From the IMG/VR virus record IMGVR_UViG_3300027320_000003, positions 70,192-134,191 of that record: 64,000 nt of DNA, one strand, 5' to 3'. A program made the position numbers and the translations under genes. Under the pieces are notes generated by a model that was not told where the DNA came from, searched no databases, and was given only the letters and a program-made list of their open reading frames with translations. Each line of letters starts with the position of its first letter. The stretch's first letter is position 1. The stretch comes from a virus (Duplodnaviria; Heunggongvirae; Uroviricota; Caudoviricetes). Positions 28,527 to 36,031 of the stretch are shown here, piece after piece.

Positions 28527-29119
28527 GTGAATTAAACAAGCAGTGGACGGACGCCCAGGAGTGGGAGAAGAGTTGGTGGCACAATAGTGGCATGATCCAT
28601 GACGAGCGGTACAAATCGTCACGGGTATGGAGCCTTTGGGGCTATGGCCTAAAGGAAATGAATTTTGGTACTGTTGTGGACCTAGGCTGTGGACCGTGCG
28701 GCATTCTAACGTCGCGGAATGCCAACGATGAACGGTTCTCATGCGAAAAGGGATACGCTGTTGACCCAATCGATTACTCAGCCATTGCCTACCCGCCTCT
28801 ACCTAATGTTGAAGTTGTGAAGTCTACCGCCGAAGATTTCTATCCTGGCAGGGATGTGGACGCTACCTTCATCTACAATTGCCTACAGCACACTATTGAC
28901 CCAGGTTTGATCCTCGCTAAGGCCCGCAGTTATAGCAAGGAGATATACATCTTTGAGTGGATCAACATACCACCATACCAGGGACATTTGCACACAATTA
29001 CCTCAAGCATGGTTGAGAATGCTTTTCACGGGATGACGTGGAAGATGCATACGGTTGGGTGGTTTCAAGAGGGTGAGTTGAATGGACAATTTGTCTGCGG
29101 AATCTATACCCGCAAATAA
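28523..29119 (+). CDS. class I SAM-dependent methyltransferase
   Basis: Motif I VVDLGCGPCGIL. 198 aa. Confidence 0.6.
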   Translation: MSELNKQWTDAQEWEKSWWHNSGMIHDERYKSSRVWSLWGYGLKEMNFGTVVDLGCGPCGILTSRNANDERFSCEKGYAVDPIDYSAIAYPPLPNVEVVKSTAEDFYPGRDVDATFIYNCLQHTIDPGLILAKARSYSKEIYIFEWINIPPYQGHLHTITSSMVENAFHGMTWKMHTVGWFQEGELNGQFVCGIYTRK

Positions 29120-29121
29120 TT

Positions 29122-29150
29122 CTTTCCAACCGTCAACCGTGGTGTAATCT
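29122..29150 (+). promoter_or_regulatory. conserved promoter-like element, copy 4 (no ATG)
   Basis: CTTTCCA-N13-GGTGTAATCT. The predicted start site falls at the first base of a structured GC-rich element. Confidence 0.45.
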
Positions 29151-29156
29151 TTAGAA

Positions 29157-29275
29157 CTTGGGCGGTGCAGTCGTGGTGAGTTAATCCACGCGGCCTAGCG
29201 GCTTGCATACCGCAGGATTGAGGAGCAGAGAAGCGCGAATCCGAGCTCCGTGCAGTGCAAACCTGCCACCGCCCA
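29157..29275 (+). ncRNA. candidate structured noncoding RNA or leader
   Basis: Long-range stem gggcggtgcag (29160-29170) pairs with ctgccaccgccc (29263-29274) and encloses at least three internal hairpins: cgtgg/ccacg, cctagcgg/ccgcagg and ggagc/gctcc. No ORF. Begins about 7 nt after the promoter copy. Confidence 0.3.
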
Positions 29276-29291
29276 CCTCTATAGTTAAGAT

Positions 29292-29825
29292 ATGAAACGC
29301 AAAAACGATACTAAGAAGCTCCACGAGAGCGTTGAACGGCTGTACGGACGAGATGTACTCGCGCCGTTGGTCTCGTACCATGCCACTCTCCTGACCATGA
29401 AGCTCCTCAAGGAGGACGCGGTGCCATCCGAGGGCATCTACTATATTCTTCCGTACCCTGGCAAATGGAGTCTCTTTCCATACCGATTTGACCAATTCCC
29501 TGAGATTGATCACAGCGAACTGTGGGAGAGCTATTGCTCGGCGATGATGGCCAGCGCCTGGAGCAAGAAACTAAACGTTTCACCTCGCCAATTCCGATCA
29601 CAGATTATGGAACTAGTGTACTCCGTGCCACGTGGCCGTATCACTAAGGGCAAGGGCGGGTATCTCATTTTCAATGGTAACGACTGGAAGCAGACCGGTA
29701 TCTCCGAGCAGGATATTCGTGCTGCGTTTGGCCTACCAGCCACGTCTAAGCTTATGTTTGATGACCATGAGGTTCAATTTGAGGAGCAGACCACGGAGTT
29801 GAATTCGTTGACTGGACAGGCATGA
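29292..29825 (+). CDS. hypothetical protein
   Basis: 177-aa ORF. Confidence 0.4.
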   Translation: MKRKNDTKKLHESVERLYGRDVLAPLVSYHATLLTMKLLKEDAVPSEGIYYILPYPGKWSLFPYRFDQFPEIDHSELWESYCSAMMASAWSKKLNVSPRQFRSQIMELVYSVPRGRITKGKGGYLIFNGNDWKQTGISEQDIRAAFGLPATSKLMFDDHEVQFEEQTTELNSLTGQA

Positions 29826-30103
29826 CCATCGAAGTTCTCGCGAAGCAATTGAAGAGTGTTATAAACCGGCATCCATTCCGGTTGGAGCACTGTCCTGGAG
29901 ACATCGGTTACCTAATTGTTCACGTATTCTATTATGATGAGACGGTCGGGCAACATCCCAGCCGTGACCTTCGTAACGCGATTCTAAGGTACGAATGCGA
30001 ACATGGACCATTTGTGATTGATGGCGTTGAGAAATCGCTCCTACCGATGTGTGTAGACTCTGAGCAGTCGGCACGGCATTATCCAGAAATAACACCTCCT
30101 TAG
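29822..30103 (+). CDS. hypothetical protein
   Basis: 93-aa ORF. Confidence 0.35.
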   Translation: MTIEVLAKQLKSVINRHPFRLEHCPGDIGYLIVHVFYYDETVGQHPSRDLRNAILRYECEHGPFVIDGVEKSLLPMCVDSEQSARHYPEITPP

Positions 30104-30140
30104 CTTTCCACAGCTCACCGGTCGTGTATTCTCCTACATG
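30104..30140 (+). promoter_or_regulatory. conserved promoter-like element, copy 5 (fused to ATG)
   Basis: CTTTCCA-cagctcaccggtc-GTGTATTCTCCT-ac-ATG. Confidence 0.55.
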
Positions 30141-30839
30141 ACACACAAAATCAGATGGACAAGCGACGAGGTCCATAAACTCGTTGACAAGGTTGTTGAA
30201 CTGAGGTCTATGGACCCTGTTGGATCCATGATCACCATCATCAACCAGGCACAAACCGCGGTGTTCCACAAGGACAGGCAGCGTGTCATTGTTTCTCTAC
30301 TAGCGGCACAGCCAATCCTAGACAAATTTAATGAGCTGTGGCAGAGACGCGTTAATCCTGAGCCACAGATTGTGCCAGTGAAGGAACGTGTCTTTGACCT
30401 GACCGCTGCATCAAACTCTGACCTGCTCTCTGAGGTTGCAAAACGGATGCAGTACGTTCATCCAATTCACCATATTCAACCAATAGACTGTGCCAACACC
30501 TCAACACCAGCGCCAGTGGTTGCTCAGAAGCACAGGACATATCGGTATGCCGTGGTTGGGCTAATCAGCGGACAATTTCGCCACCTTAAGGATCGGTTTA
30601 AAGTGTGGCATGACGTTGAGTTTGTGAGCTATGAATCGCACACCTCTCCACAGCGTTTGTCTGGAGATTTTGACGACTGCTTTATCAGCCGCCATTCAAA
30701 CCACGGTTGGTGGGAACGTGCTAAGAGCAACCTTGGAATCGCGAAGGTTCATTTTTCACACGGCGGTCTCGGTAGTCTTGAAAATGCCATTCGTACTGTC
30801 CATGCCACTAACATTCGCATGAACCAATTGAAAGCGTGA
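30138..30839 (+). CDS. hypothetical protein
   Basis: 233-aa ORF with no SD; the start codon sits at the end of the promoter element. Confidence 0.45.
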   Translation: MTHKIRWTSDEVHKLVDKVVELRSMDPVGSMITIINQAQTAVFHKDRQRVIVSLLAAQPILDKFNELWQRRVNPEPQIVPVKERVFDLTAASNSDLLSEVAKRMQYVHPIHHIQPIDCANTSTPAPVVAQKHRTYRYAVVGLISGQFRHLKDRFKVWHDVEFVSYESHTSPQRLSGDFDDCFISRHSNHGWWERAKSNLGIAKVHFSHGGLGSLENAIRTVHATNIRMNQLKA

Positions 30840-30878
30840 GATTTTAGATTCTGTAGTACAACAAGAACAAAGGATAAT

Positions 30879-31172
30879 ATGGCAACACCATTGACACCGA
30901 CTCGAGTATATAAGTGCAAGCGCGACATCTTCATGCTTAAGGAAAATGACCTTGTCGTTGAGATGTCTAGCGGCAAAGCCTATGTCCTTAAGAAGATGTT
31001 TAACTCCGTGTCAGGTTTCACTAGACGCAATTTTGGCCAAGAGATCAACGTAAAACGATACGCTGAGGACCTAGTTCAAGTTCCAATGATCGACTTCGCT
31101 AAGGATAGACCACCACAGGAGAAGCTTTCTAGATTCTCAATGGTGCGCGCTGAGGTTCACCGGGTCAGATAG
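30879..31172 (+). CDS. hypothetical protein
   Basis: 97-aa ORF with an SD. Confidence 0.4.
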   Translation: MATPLTPTRVYKCKRDIFMLKENDLVVEMSSGKAYVLKKMFNSVSGFTRRNFGQEINVKRYAEDLVQVPMIDFAKDRPPQEKLSRFSMVRAEVHRVR

Positions 31173-31173
31173 C

Positions 31174-31296
31174 ATGAAGAACGATTTTGAGGCCAATAAA
31201 GTAATGGTGTTGGTGGTATGGAGCGTGTCTACCGTTCTCGTCGGAATGATGATTATTCCGGTTGTCATGATTATTAAGAGAATTTGTAACTGGTAG
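31174..31296 (+). CDS. small membrane peptide (40 aa)
   Basis: Translation MKNDFEANKVMVLVVWSVSTVLVGMMIIPVVMIIKRICNW. Starts 1 nt after the upstream stop. Not in the track. Confidence 0.35.
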   Translation: MKNDFEANKVMVLVVWSVSTVLVGMMIIPVVMIIKRICNW

Positions 31297-31603
31297 AGAT
31301 CGAAACAGGAGAAATCCTGTCATGCCGTATTGCGGCATCTGACGAGATCACAGCAATGGTCAGGGTTAGGTGCATGTCAACGGCGCTGGTGGTCGGAGTC
31401 TCTGAGGCCGCCTTCTATGATAGAGAGACTATGTGTGGAGTTGATCGCCTCTACGATGAATATCGGTGGATTGCAAGCCACAACAAAAGATCCATGCCAC
31501 CGCGGCCAGCGTCCATCTGGCCTAAGCCCCCATAAGAGGTGCGAATTGCTGTGACTGGTGCAACTCCAGTGGCATGACCATTTTAAAATAAACAAAGGAA
31601 AAT

Positions 31604-32413
31604 ATGAATAGATACGAGCGTGGTTCTGGTGAAGTGGCGATGATTGGCATCGCGTTGGTGGTTGTTGTTGGGTTAGTCCTACTCTTTGGTTCATTCTCAG
31701 TGGTGGATCCAGGTTATCGTGGCATTGCAGTAACGATGGGCAGTGTATCAAATGATGTTCGCGGTGAAGGTGTATCGTTTAAGACTCCGCTATTCACCGA
31801 TATCGTAAAAATGTCGATTCGACAGGAGTCGTTCAGCGCTAAGGCGCCATGTTTCTCGTCTGACATGCAGACTATGGGTGTCAATGTGACAGTACTCTAC
31901 CGGCTGTCTGAGGAACGGTTAGTGGATTTATTTAAAAACTATAACCAAAACATTGTCGGTGGAGTTATCGAGCCGAAACTGCAGGAGAGTCTTAAAGAGG
32001 TAACTGCGATGAACACCGCTGAGGGTTGCGTTAAGAACCGTGAGAAGGTTAAGATCGAGACGTTACGCCGATTGAAGGAAAAGGTGGCCAATCTCGCCAC
32101 GGTCGACGACGTGATCATAGTCAACATTGACCTATCGCAGGAACTAGAGAAGGCCATTGAACAGAAGATGGTGCAGGAGCAGGAGGCTGCCAAAGCTAAG
32201 TTTAAACTACAACAGGCCGAGGTTGACGCACAGACAGCGGTGGTGCGAGCTGAGGGTGAAGCTAAGGCTATCCGAGTTCGTAGTGACGCATTGAAAGATG
32301 GTAAAGGAGTGGTTGAACTCATGATCGCGGAGAAATGGAATGGTGTATCTCCTCTCGTGGTTGGTGGTGGAAACGGTGCTAACATTCTTCTTCCTCTTGG
32401 AGACCGTAAATGA
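31604..32413 (+). CDS. SPFH/band-7 (prohibitin/HflKC-like) membrane protein
   Basis: N-terminal TM helix. SPFH core VDPGYRGIAVTMG. A predicted coiled-coil region rich in A/E/K/Q. C-terminal LMIAEKWNG. SD aaaggaaaatATG. Confidence 0.75.
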   Translation: MNRYERGSGEVAMIGIALVVVVGLVLLFGSFSVVDPGYRGIAVTMGSVSNDVRGEGVSFKTPLFTDIVKMSIRQESFSAKAPCFSSDMQTMGVNVTVLYRLSEERLVDLFKNYNQNIVGGVIEPKLQESLKEVTAMNTAEGCVKNREKVKIETLRRLKEKVANLATVDDVIIVNIDLSQELEKAIEQKMVQEQEAAKAKFKLQQAEVDAQTAVVRAEGEAKAIRVRSDALKDGKGVVELMIAEKWNGVSPLVVGGGNGANILLPLGDRK

Positions 32414-32571
32414 ACCTGCGAGGATTTACGTACGTGGAATTGGCGGTGGCGCTAATGATCATGGTTATTCTAGTTGGCGCCGCCTGCGCATTCAGCGAGG
32501 CGCTTGCTAAGAGCAAGAAATTAGACAGCCAGAAAGCAGAGGAAAAGGTCCAGTACAAACCGGCCTATTAA
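32410..32571 (+). CDS. type IV prepilin-like microprotein (53 aa)
   Basis: MNLRG|FTYVELAVALMIMVILVGAA is a class III signal with Gly at -1, Phe at +1 and Glu at +5, followed by a hydrophobic helix. ATG overlaps the SPFH stop (ATGA), which implies translational coupling. Confidence 0.5.
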   Translation: MNLRGFTYVELAVALMIMVILVGAACAFSEALAKSKKLDSQKAEEKVQYKPAY

Positions 32572-32573
32572 CT

Positions 32574-32610
32574 CTTTCCACAGCGCACGGTGCGTGTATT
32601 CTCCTGTATG
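32574..32610 (+). promoter_or_regulatory. conserved promoter-like element, copy 6 (fused to ATG)
   Basis: CTTTCCA-cagcgcacggtgc-GTGTATTCTCCT-gt-ATG. Confidence 0.55.
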
Positions 32611-33078
32611 ACAAAAAGCTATATAAACGACTGGCTGGATAAGCTCCTAATCGAGGCTAAGAGATTAGCCTACGAATATCACGCTGACCAGAGACGAAAC
32701 GACGAAACTCCGTACACGGATCATATTGAAGCCGTGGTAGCTGGAGTTGACGATAGGCCAAGAACCACACCGCTAGATCTAGCGGTTCTCAAGAATCTTC
32801 AGATTGTGGCGTACCTGCATGACATTATAGAGGATACGGAATTCACCGCCTCGGATCTGCGAGCAATCTTTCCATCTGACATATGCGAAGCGGTGATACT
32901 GCTGACGAAGGTTAAAGATGAGAAATGGAATTACGTTACCTACCTCGATGGAATCGCTAAGAATTATCTGGCAAAGCGAGTGAAACTATCTGACCTAAAA
33001 CATAACATGTCTGACCTAAAACCTGGCAACCTGTACGATAAGTACATGTTAACGGTGGCCTACCTAAACGGAAAATAA
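32608..33078 (+). CDS. HD-domain small alarmone hydrolase (RelA/SpoT hydrolase family)
   Basis: H...HD...D pattern. YEYHADQRR, VAYLHDIIEDT (compare AALLHDVVEDT) and KLSDLKHNMSDL (compare KLADRLHNMRTL). Start set at the ATG at 32608; the track start is the GTG inside the motif. Confidence 0.7.
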   Translation: MTKSYINDWLDKLLIEAKRLAYEYHADQRRNDETPYTDHIEAVVAGVDDRPRTTPLDLAVLKNLQIVAYLHDIIEDTEFTASDLRAIFPSDICEAVILLTKVKDEKWNYVTYLDGIAKNYLAKRVKLSDLKHNMSDLKPGNLYDKYMLTVAYLNGK

Positions 33079-33080
33079 CT

Positions 33081-33440
33081 ATGAAATACATCGCAATCTT
33101 GTCACTTCTTCTCCTGTGCTCATGCTTCCCAAACTACTCTGAAGGTAGTCGAGTTGGGACGGTTGTGAAGCTATCTCAAAAGGGACTCGTGTTTAAATCG
33201 TGGGAGGGTGAATTAAGCATGGGATCAATCAAGCGGGTTAACAACGCTGACGGATCTATCACCACCACGAACGTGTTTGAGTTTAGTGTTGAATCGCAGG
33301 AAGTGGTTGATCAACTTCGTGAGGCAATGAAAACCGGCGAACGAGTTGAGCTGGTCTATAGGCAATGGGCCATGGCACCTCCAACCGTCTGTACCTCGTA
33401 CGTTATCACATCCATCAAATCAACCGAGCAGGAAAAATAA
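33081..33440 (+). CDS. putative lipoprotein
   Basis: Signal peptide MKYIAILSLLLLCSC with a lipobox-like LLCSC. Confidence 0.45.
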   Translation: MKYIAILSLLLLCSCFPNYSEGSRVGTVVKLSQKGLVFKSWEGELSMGSIKRVNNADGSITTTNVFEFSVESQEVVDQLREAMKTGERVELVYRQWAMAPPTVCTSYVITSIKSTEQEK

Positions 33441-33715
33441 TGGGAATGTTTGATTACATCATCTGCCATTACAAGCTACCTGACAACCCAACCAACGAGA
33501 CAGAGTTTCAAACGAAGGATTTGATCAACGGTTGTGCTGAATACGCGCTTGATGAACACGGCAATTTCTCCTACCGCGATAGACTTGACCGCCCATTTCA
33601 TGGAAGATTCGAATTCTACACCTACGCAGGACTAGACCCGACAAAATGGCTTCGATACGAGGCCACGATAACCCATGGCCAATTGACTGGCCTAATAAAG
33701 GTAGAGCAAAACTAA
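33440..33715 (+). CDS. hypothetical protein
   Basis: ATG at 33440 overlaps the upstream TAA. The track start at 33365 lies inside the previous gene. Confidence 0.35.
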   Translation: MGMFDYIICHYKLPDNPTNETEFQTKDLINGCAEYALDEHGNFSYRDRLDRPFHGRFEFYTYAGLDPTKWLRYEATITHGQLTGLIKVEQN

Positions 33716-33720
33716 AAATT

Positions 33721-34563
33721 ATGATCGCAAAATTCGAGTTCTTTAAATTTCCGTGCGGTGAATGGCATTTTAAGGTTAATCCCATTGACTATAACAAGAT
33801 GAAGGCTGATACTAATAACCTCATCATTGACGGTCGTGGATTGACGCTTGACCAATTGGCTATGATTAGGCACTACGCCTTAGACCAGCTAAAGTGTGAT
33901 ATTGACTTGTTTCTTCCATACGTTCCATACTCGAGGCAGGATCGCAGAACGTCACCCATTGAGCCATTCACATTGAGAGCATATTGTAACGTCATCAATG
34001 GGTTGAATTTTCGGCAGGTGTTTATTGCCGATCCTCATAGCGATGTGACTCCTGCGCTTCTAAATAGGGTGCGCGTTACATCGGCATTGGATATCGTACT
34101 CGACTTCCATATCTTGCGCAACCGTCATTTTGGACCCAAAAATAACACCGTTGTCATATCTCCTGATGCTGGGTCTATGAAGAAGGTCCACCAGATTGGA
34201 CGAAATCTAGACGTGCCAATCGTCTACTGCGAGAAGAAGCGCGACACGGCGACCGGAGAGTTATCCGGTTGTGTGGTACATGCCGATGACCTCACTGGAA
34301 AAGACGCCGTAATCATCGACGATATTTGCGATGGTGGTGGAACGTTCATCCCAATCGCGAAAGAACTGAAGGCCAAAGGATGCCGCAAAGTAGTTCTCTA
34401 TGTCACGCATGGCGCCTTCACAAAAGGAACGCAGGTTCTATTTGAGAACGGAATCGACGAAATTTTTACCACCAACAGTTTTGACCAAACTGGAAAATAT
34501 GTAAACATCTACGATCTGCTAGATAAGCACGTTGTAGCAACATTAGGAACAGATGAAAAGTAA
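33721..34563 (+). CDS. ribose-phosphate pyrophosphokinase (Prs)-like enzyme; candidate ADPR-pyrophosphate synthetase (Adps) of NARP1
   Basis: PYVPYSRQDRR (compare PYFGYARQDRR), VISPDAGSMKK, VIIDDICDGGGT (PRPP-binding loop) and VTHGAF. The N-terminal region diverges from canonical Prs. Confidence 0.7.
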   Translation: MIAKFEFFKFPCGEWHFKVNPIDYNKMKADTNNLIIDGRGLTLDQLAMIRHYALDQLKCDIDLFLPYVPYSRQDRRTSPIEPFTLRAYCNVINGLNFRQVFIADPHSDVTPALLNRVRVTSALDIVLDFHILRNRHFGPKNNTVVISPDAGSMKKVHQIGRNLDVPIVYCEKKRDTATGELSGCVVHADDLTGKDAVIIDDICDGGGTFIPIAKELKAKGCRKVVLYVTHGAFTKGTQVLFENGIDEIFTTNSFDQTGKYVNIYDLLDKHVVATLGTDEK

Positions 34564-36031
34564 GGCAATTAACCATATCGACTTCTACAAAGCTGGACAC
34601 CTTTTTCAATATCCAGATGGCACTGATCTAGTGTATGCCAACCTCACTCCACGAGGATTGCGCTACCTTCCAAAGATTGGGGGTATCGACAACACTCGAG
34701 TTCGTGTCATTGGTCTGCAATATTTCTGCATGGAATTTCTCATTGCCGATTTCAATCGGTCGTTCTTTGGAGTTCCACTGGATCAAGTGGTTGAGCAATA
34801 TAAACGTCGCATGGATACATCACTGGGTGTAGACTCGGTGTCCGTTGACCACATCATTGCCTTGCATAACCTAGGTTACTTGCCAATTGAGATTATGTCA
34901 TTACCTGAGGGAGTAGCTGTACCAGAGAAGGTGCCTGTGCTCACGATCCATAATACCCTACCGCAGTTCTTCTGGCTGACCAATTACTTGGAAACTGTGC
35001 TTAGCGCATGGTTGTGGAAGTTTATGACCAGCGCCACTATCGCTGATCGGTATCGCCAGATCCTTACGAAGTATGCTAAGGAAACTGGCGGTGACCTAGG
35101 CTTCATCCAATTTCAAGCCCACGACTTCTCATTTCGTGGTATGAGTTGCTCGCAGGATGCAGCGATGAGTGGAGCTGCTCACCTTACCCAGTTTGTTGGT
35201 ACTGACACCGTTGTCGCTATTGACCTACTTGAGGATTACTACGGAGCTGATGCCAGCAAGGAACTCGTTGGTTGCAGCGTACCAGCTACGGAGCATAGTG
35301 TTATGTGCGCCGGTGGTAAGGTAGATGAGCTTGAGACATTTCGTCGATTGATCAACAAGATTTATCCGAAAGGAATTGTGTCTATCGTCTCTGACACTTG
35401 GGATTTTTGGAAGGTGCTCACCGAGTACCTACCGATTCTCAAAGATGAGATTATGGCACGTGATGGTAAGGTCGTGATTCGTCCAGACTCCGGCGATCCA
35501 GTCGATATTATCTGTGGTGATTATACCGCGGCTCCTGGAACTCCGGCATTCAAAGGTGCGATAAAACTCCTGTGGGAGGTTTTCGGTGGAACAGTTAACT
35601 CTAAGGGCTATAAAGTTCTTGATCCACATATTGGTCTAATCTACGGTGACTCCATTACCTTGGAACGTGCCGATGAAATCATGCGACGGCTAAGTCTCAA
35701 CGGATTCGCATCCACAAACGTCGTGTTCGGTGTTGGTTCATACACCTACCAATATCAAACTCGTGACACTCTTGGCTGGGCGGTAAAAGCCACGGCAGCT
35801 AAGGTCAATGGCCAGTATCAAGAGTTGTTTAAGGATCCAATCACTGACTCCGGTCTTAAGAAATCTGCCACCGGATTCTTAAAGGTGGTTAAGGATGGAG
35901 ATAGCTACAAGCTAATCGATAGAGTTAAGTTTGAGGAGATCCATGATGGTGAACTCAAGACGGTGTTTATTGACGGTAGGTTAGTGGTAAAGCATACACT
36001 GGCTGAAATCAGAGCACGGTCAGTGGTATGA
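34553..36031 (+). CDS. nicotinamide phosphoribosyltransferase (Nampt/NadV)-like enzyme; candidate Namat of NARP1
   Basis: 492 aa with the N-terminal DFYKAGH (compare TDSYKxxH) signature of the NAPRTase family. Overlaps the upstream gene by 11 nt. Confidence 0.65.
   Translation: MKSKAINHIDFYKAGHLFQYPDGTDLVYANLTPRGLRYLPKIGGIDNTRVRVIGLQYFCMEFLIADFNRSFFGVPLDQVVEQYKRRMDTSLGVDSVSVDHIIALHNLGYLPIEIMSLPEGVAVPEKVPVLTIHNTLPQFFWLTNYLETVLSAWLWKFMTSATIADRYRQILTKYAKETGGDLGFIQFQAHDFSFRGMSCSQDAAMSGAAHLTQFVGTDTVVAIDLLEDYYGADASKELVGCSVPATEHSVMCAGGKVDELETFRRLINKIYPKGIVSIVSDTWDFWKVLTEYLPILKDEIMARDGKVVIRPDSGDPVDIICGDYTAAPGTPAFKGAIKLLWEVFGGTVNSKGYKVLDPHIGLIYGDSITLERADEIMRRLSLNGFASTNVVFGVGSYTYQYQTRDTLGWAVKATAAKVNGQYQELFKDPITDSGLKKSATGFLKVVKDGDSYKLIDRVKFEEIHDGELKTVFIDGRLVVKHTLAEIRARSVV

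Noticed and set aside
29157-29275. tRNA or tmRNA in the GC-rich structured regions (also 31297-31603)
   Set aside because: No cloverleaf could be drawn. There is no GTTC-like T-loop with correct spacing and no acceptor stem of the right geometry. They are kept only as generic ncRNA candidates.
31330-31751. ORFs 31330-31554 (+) and 31377-31751 (-) in the long intergenic gap
   Set aside because: They have Trp/Arg/Cys-rich non-protein-like composition and no SD. The minus ORF overlaps the SPFH gene start. The region is better explained as structured noncoding DNA or RNA.
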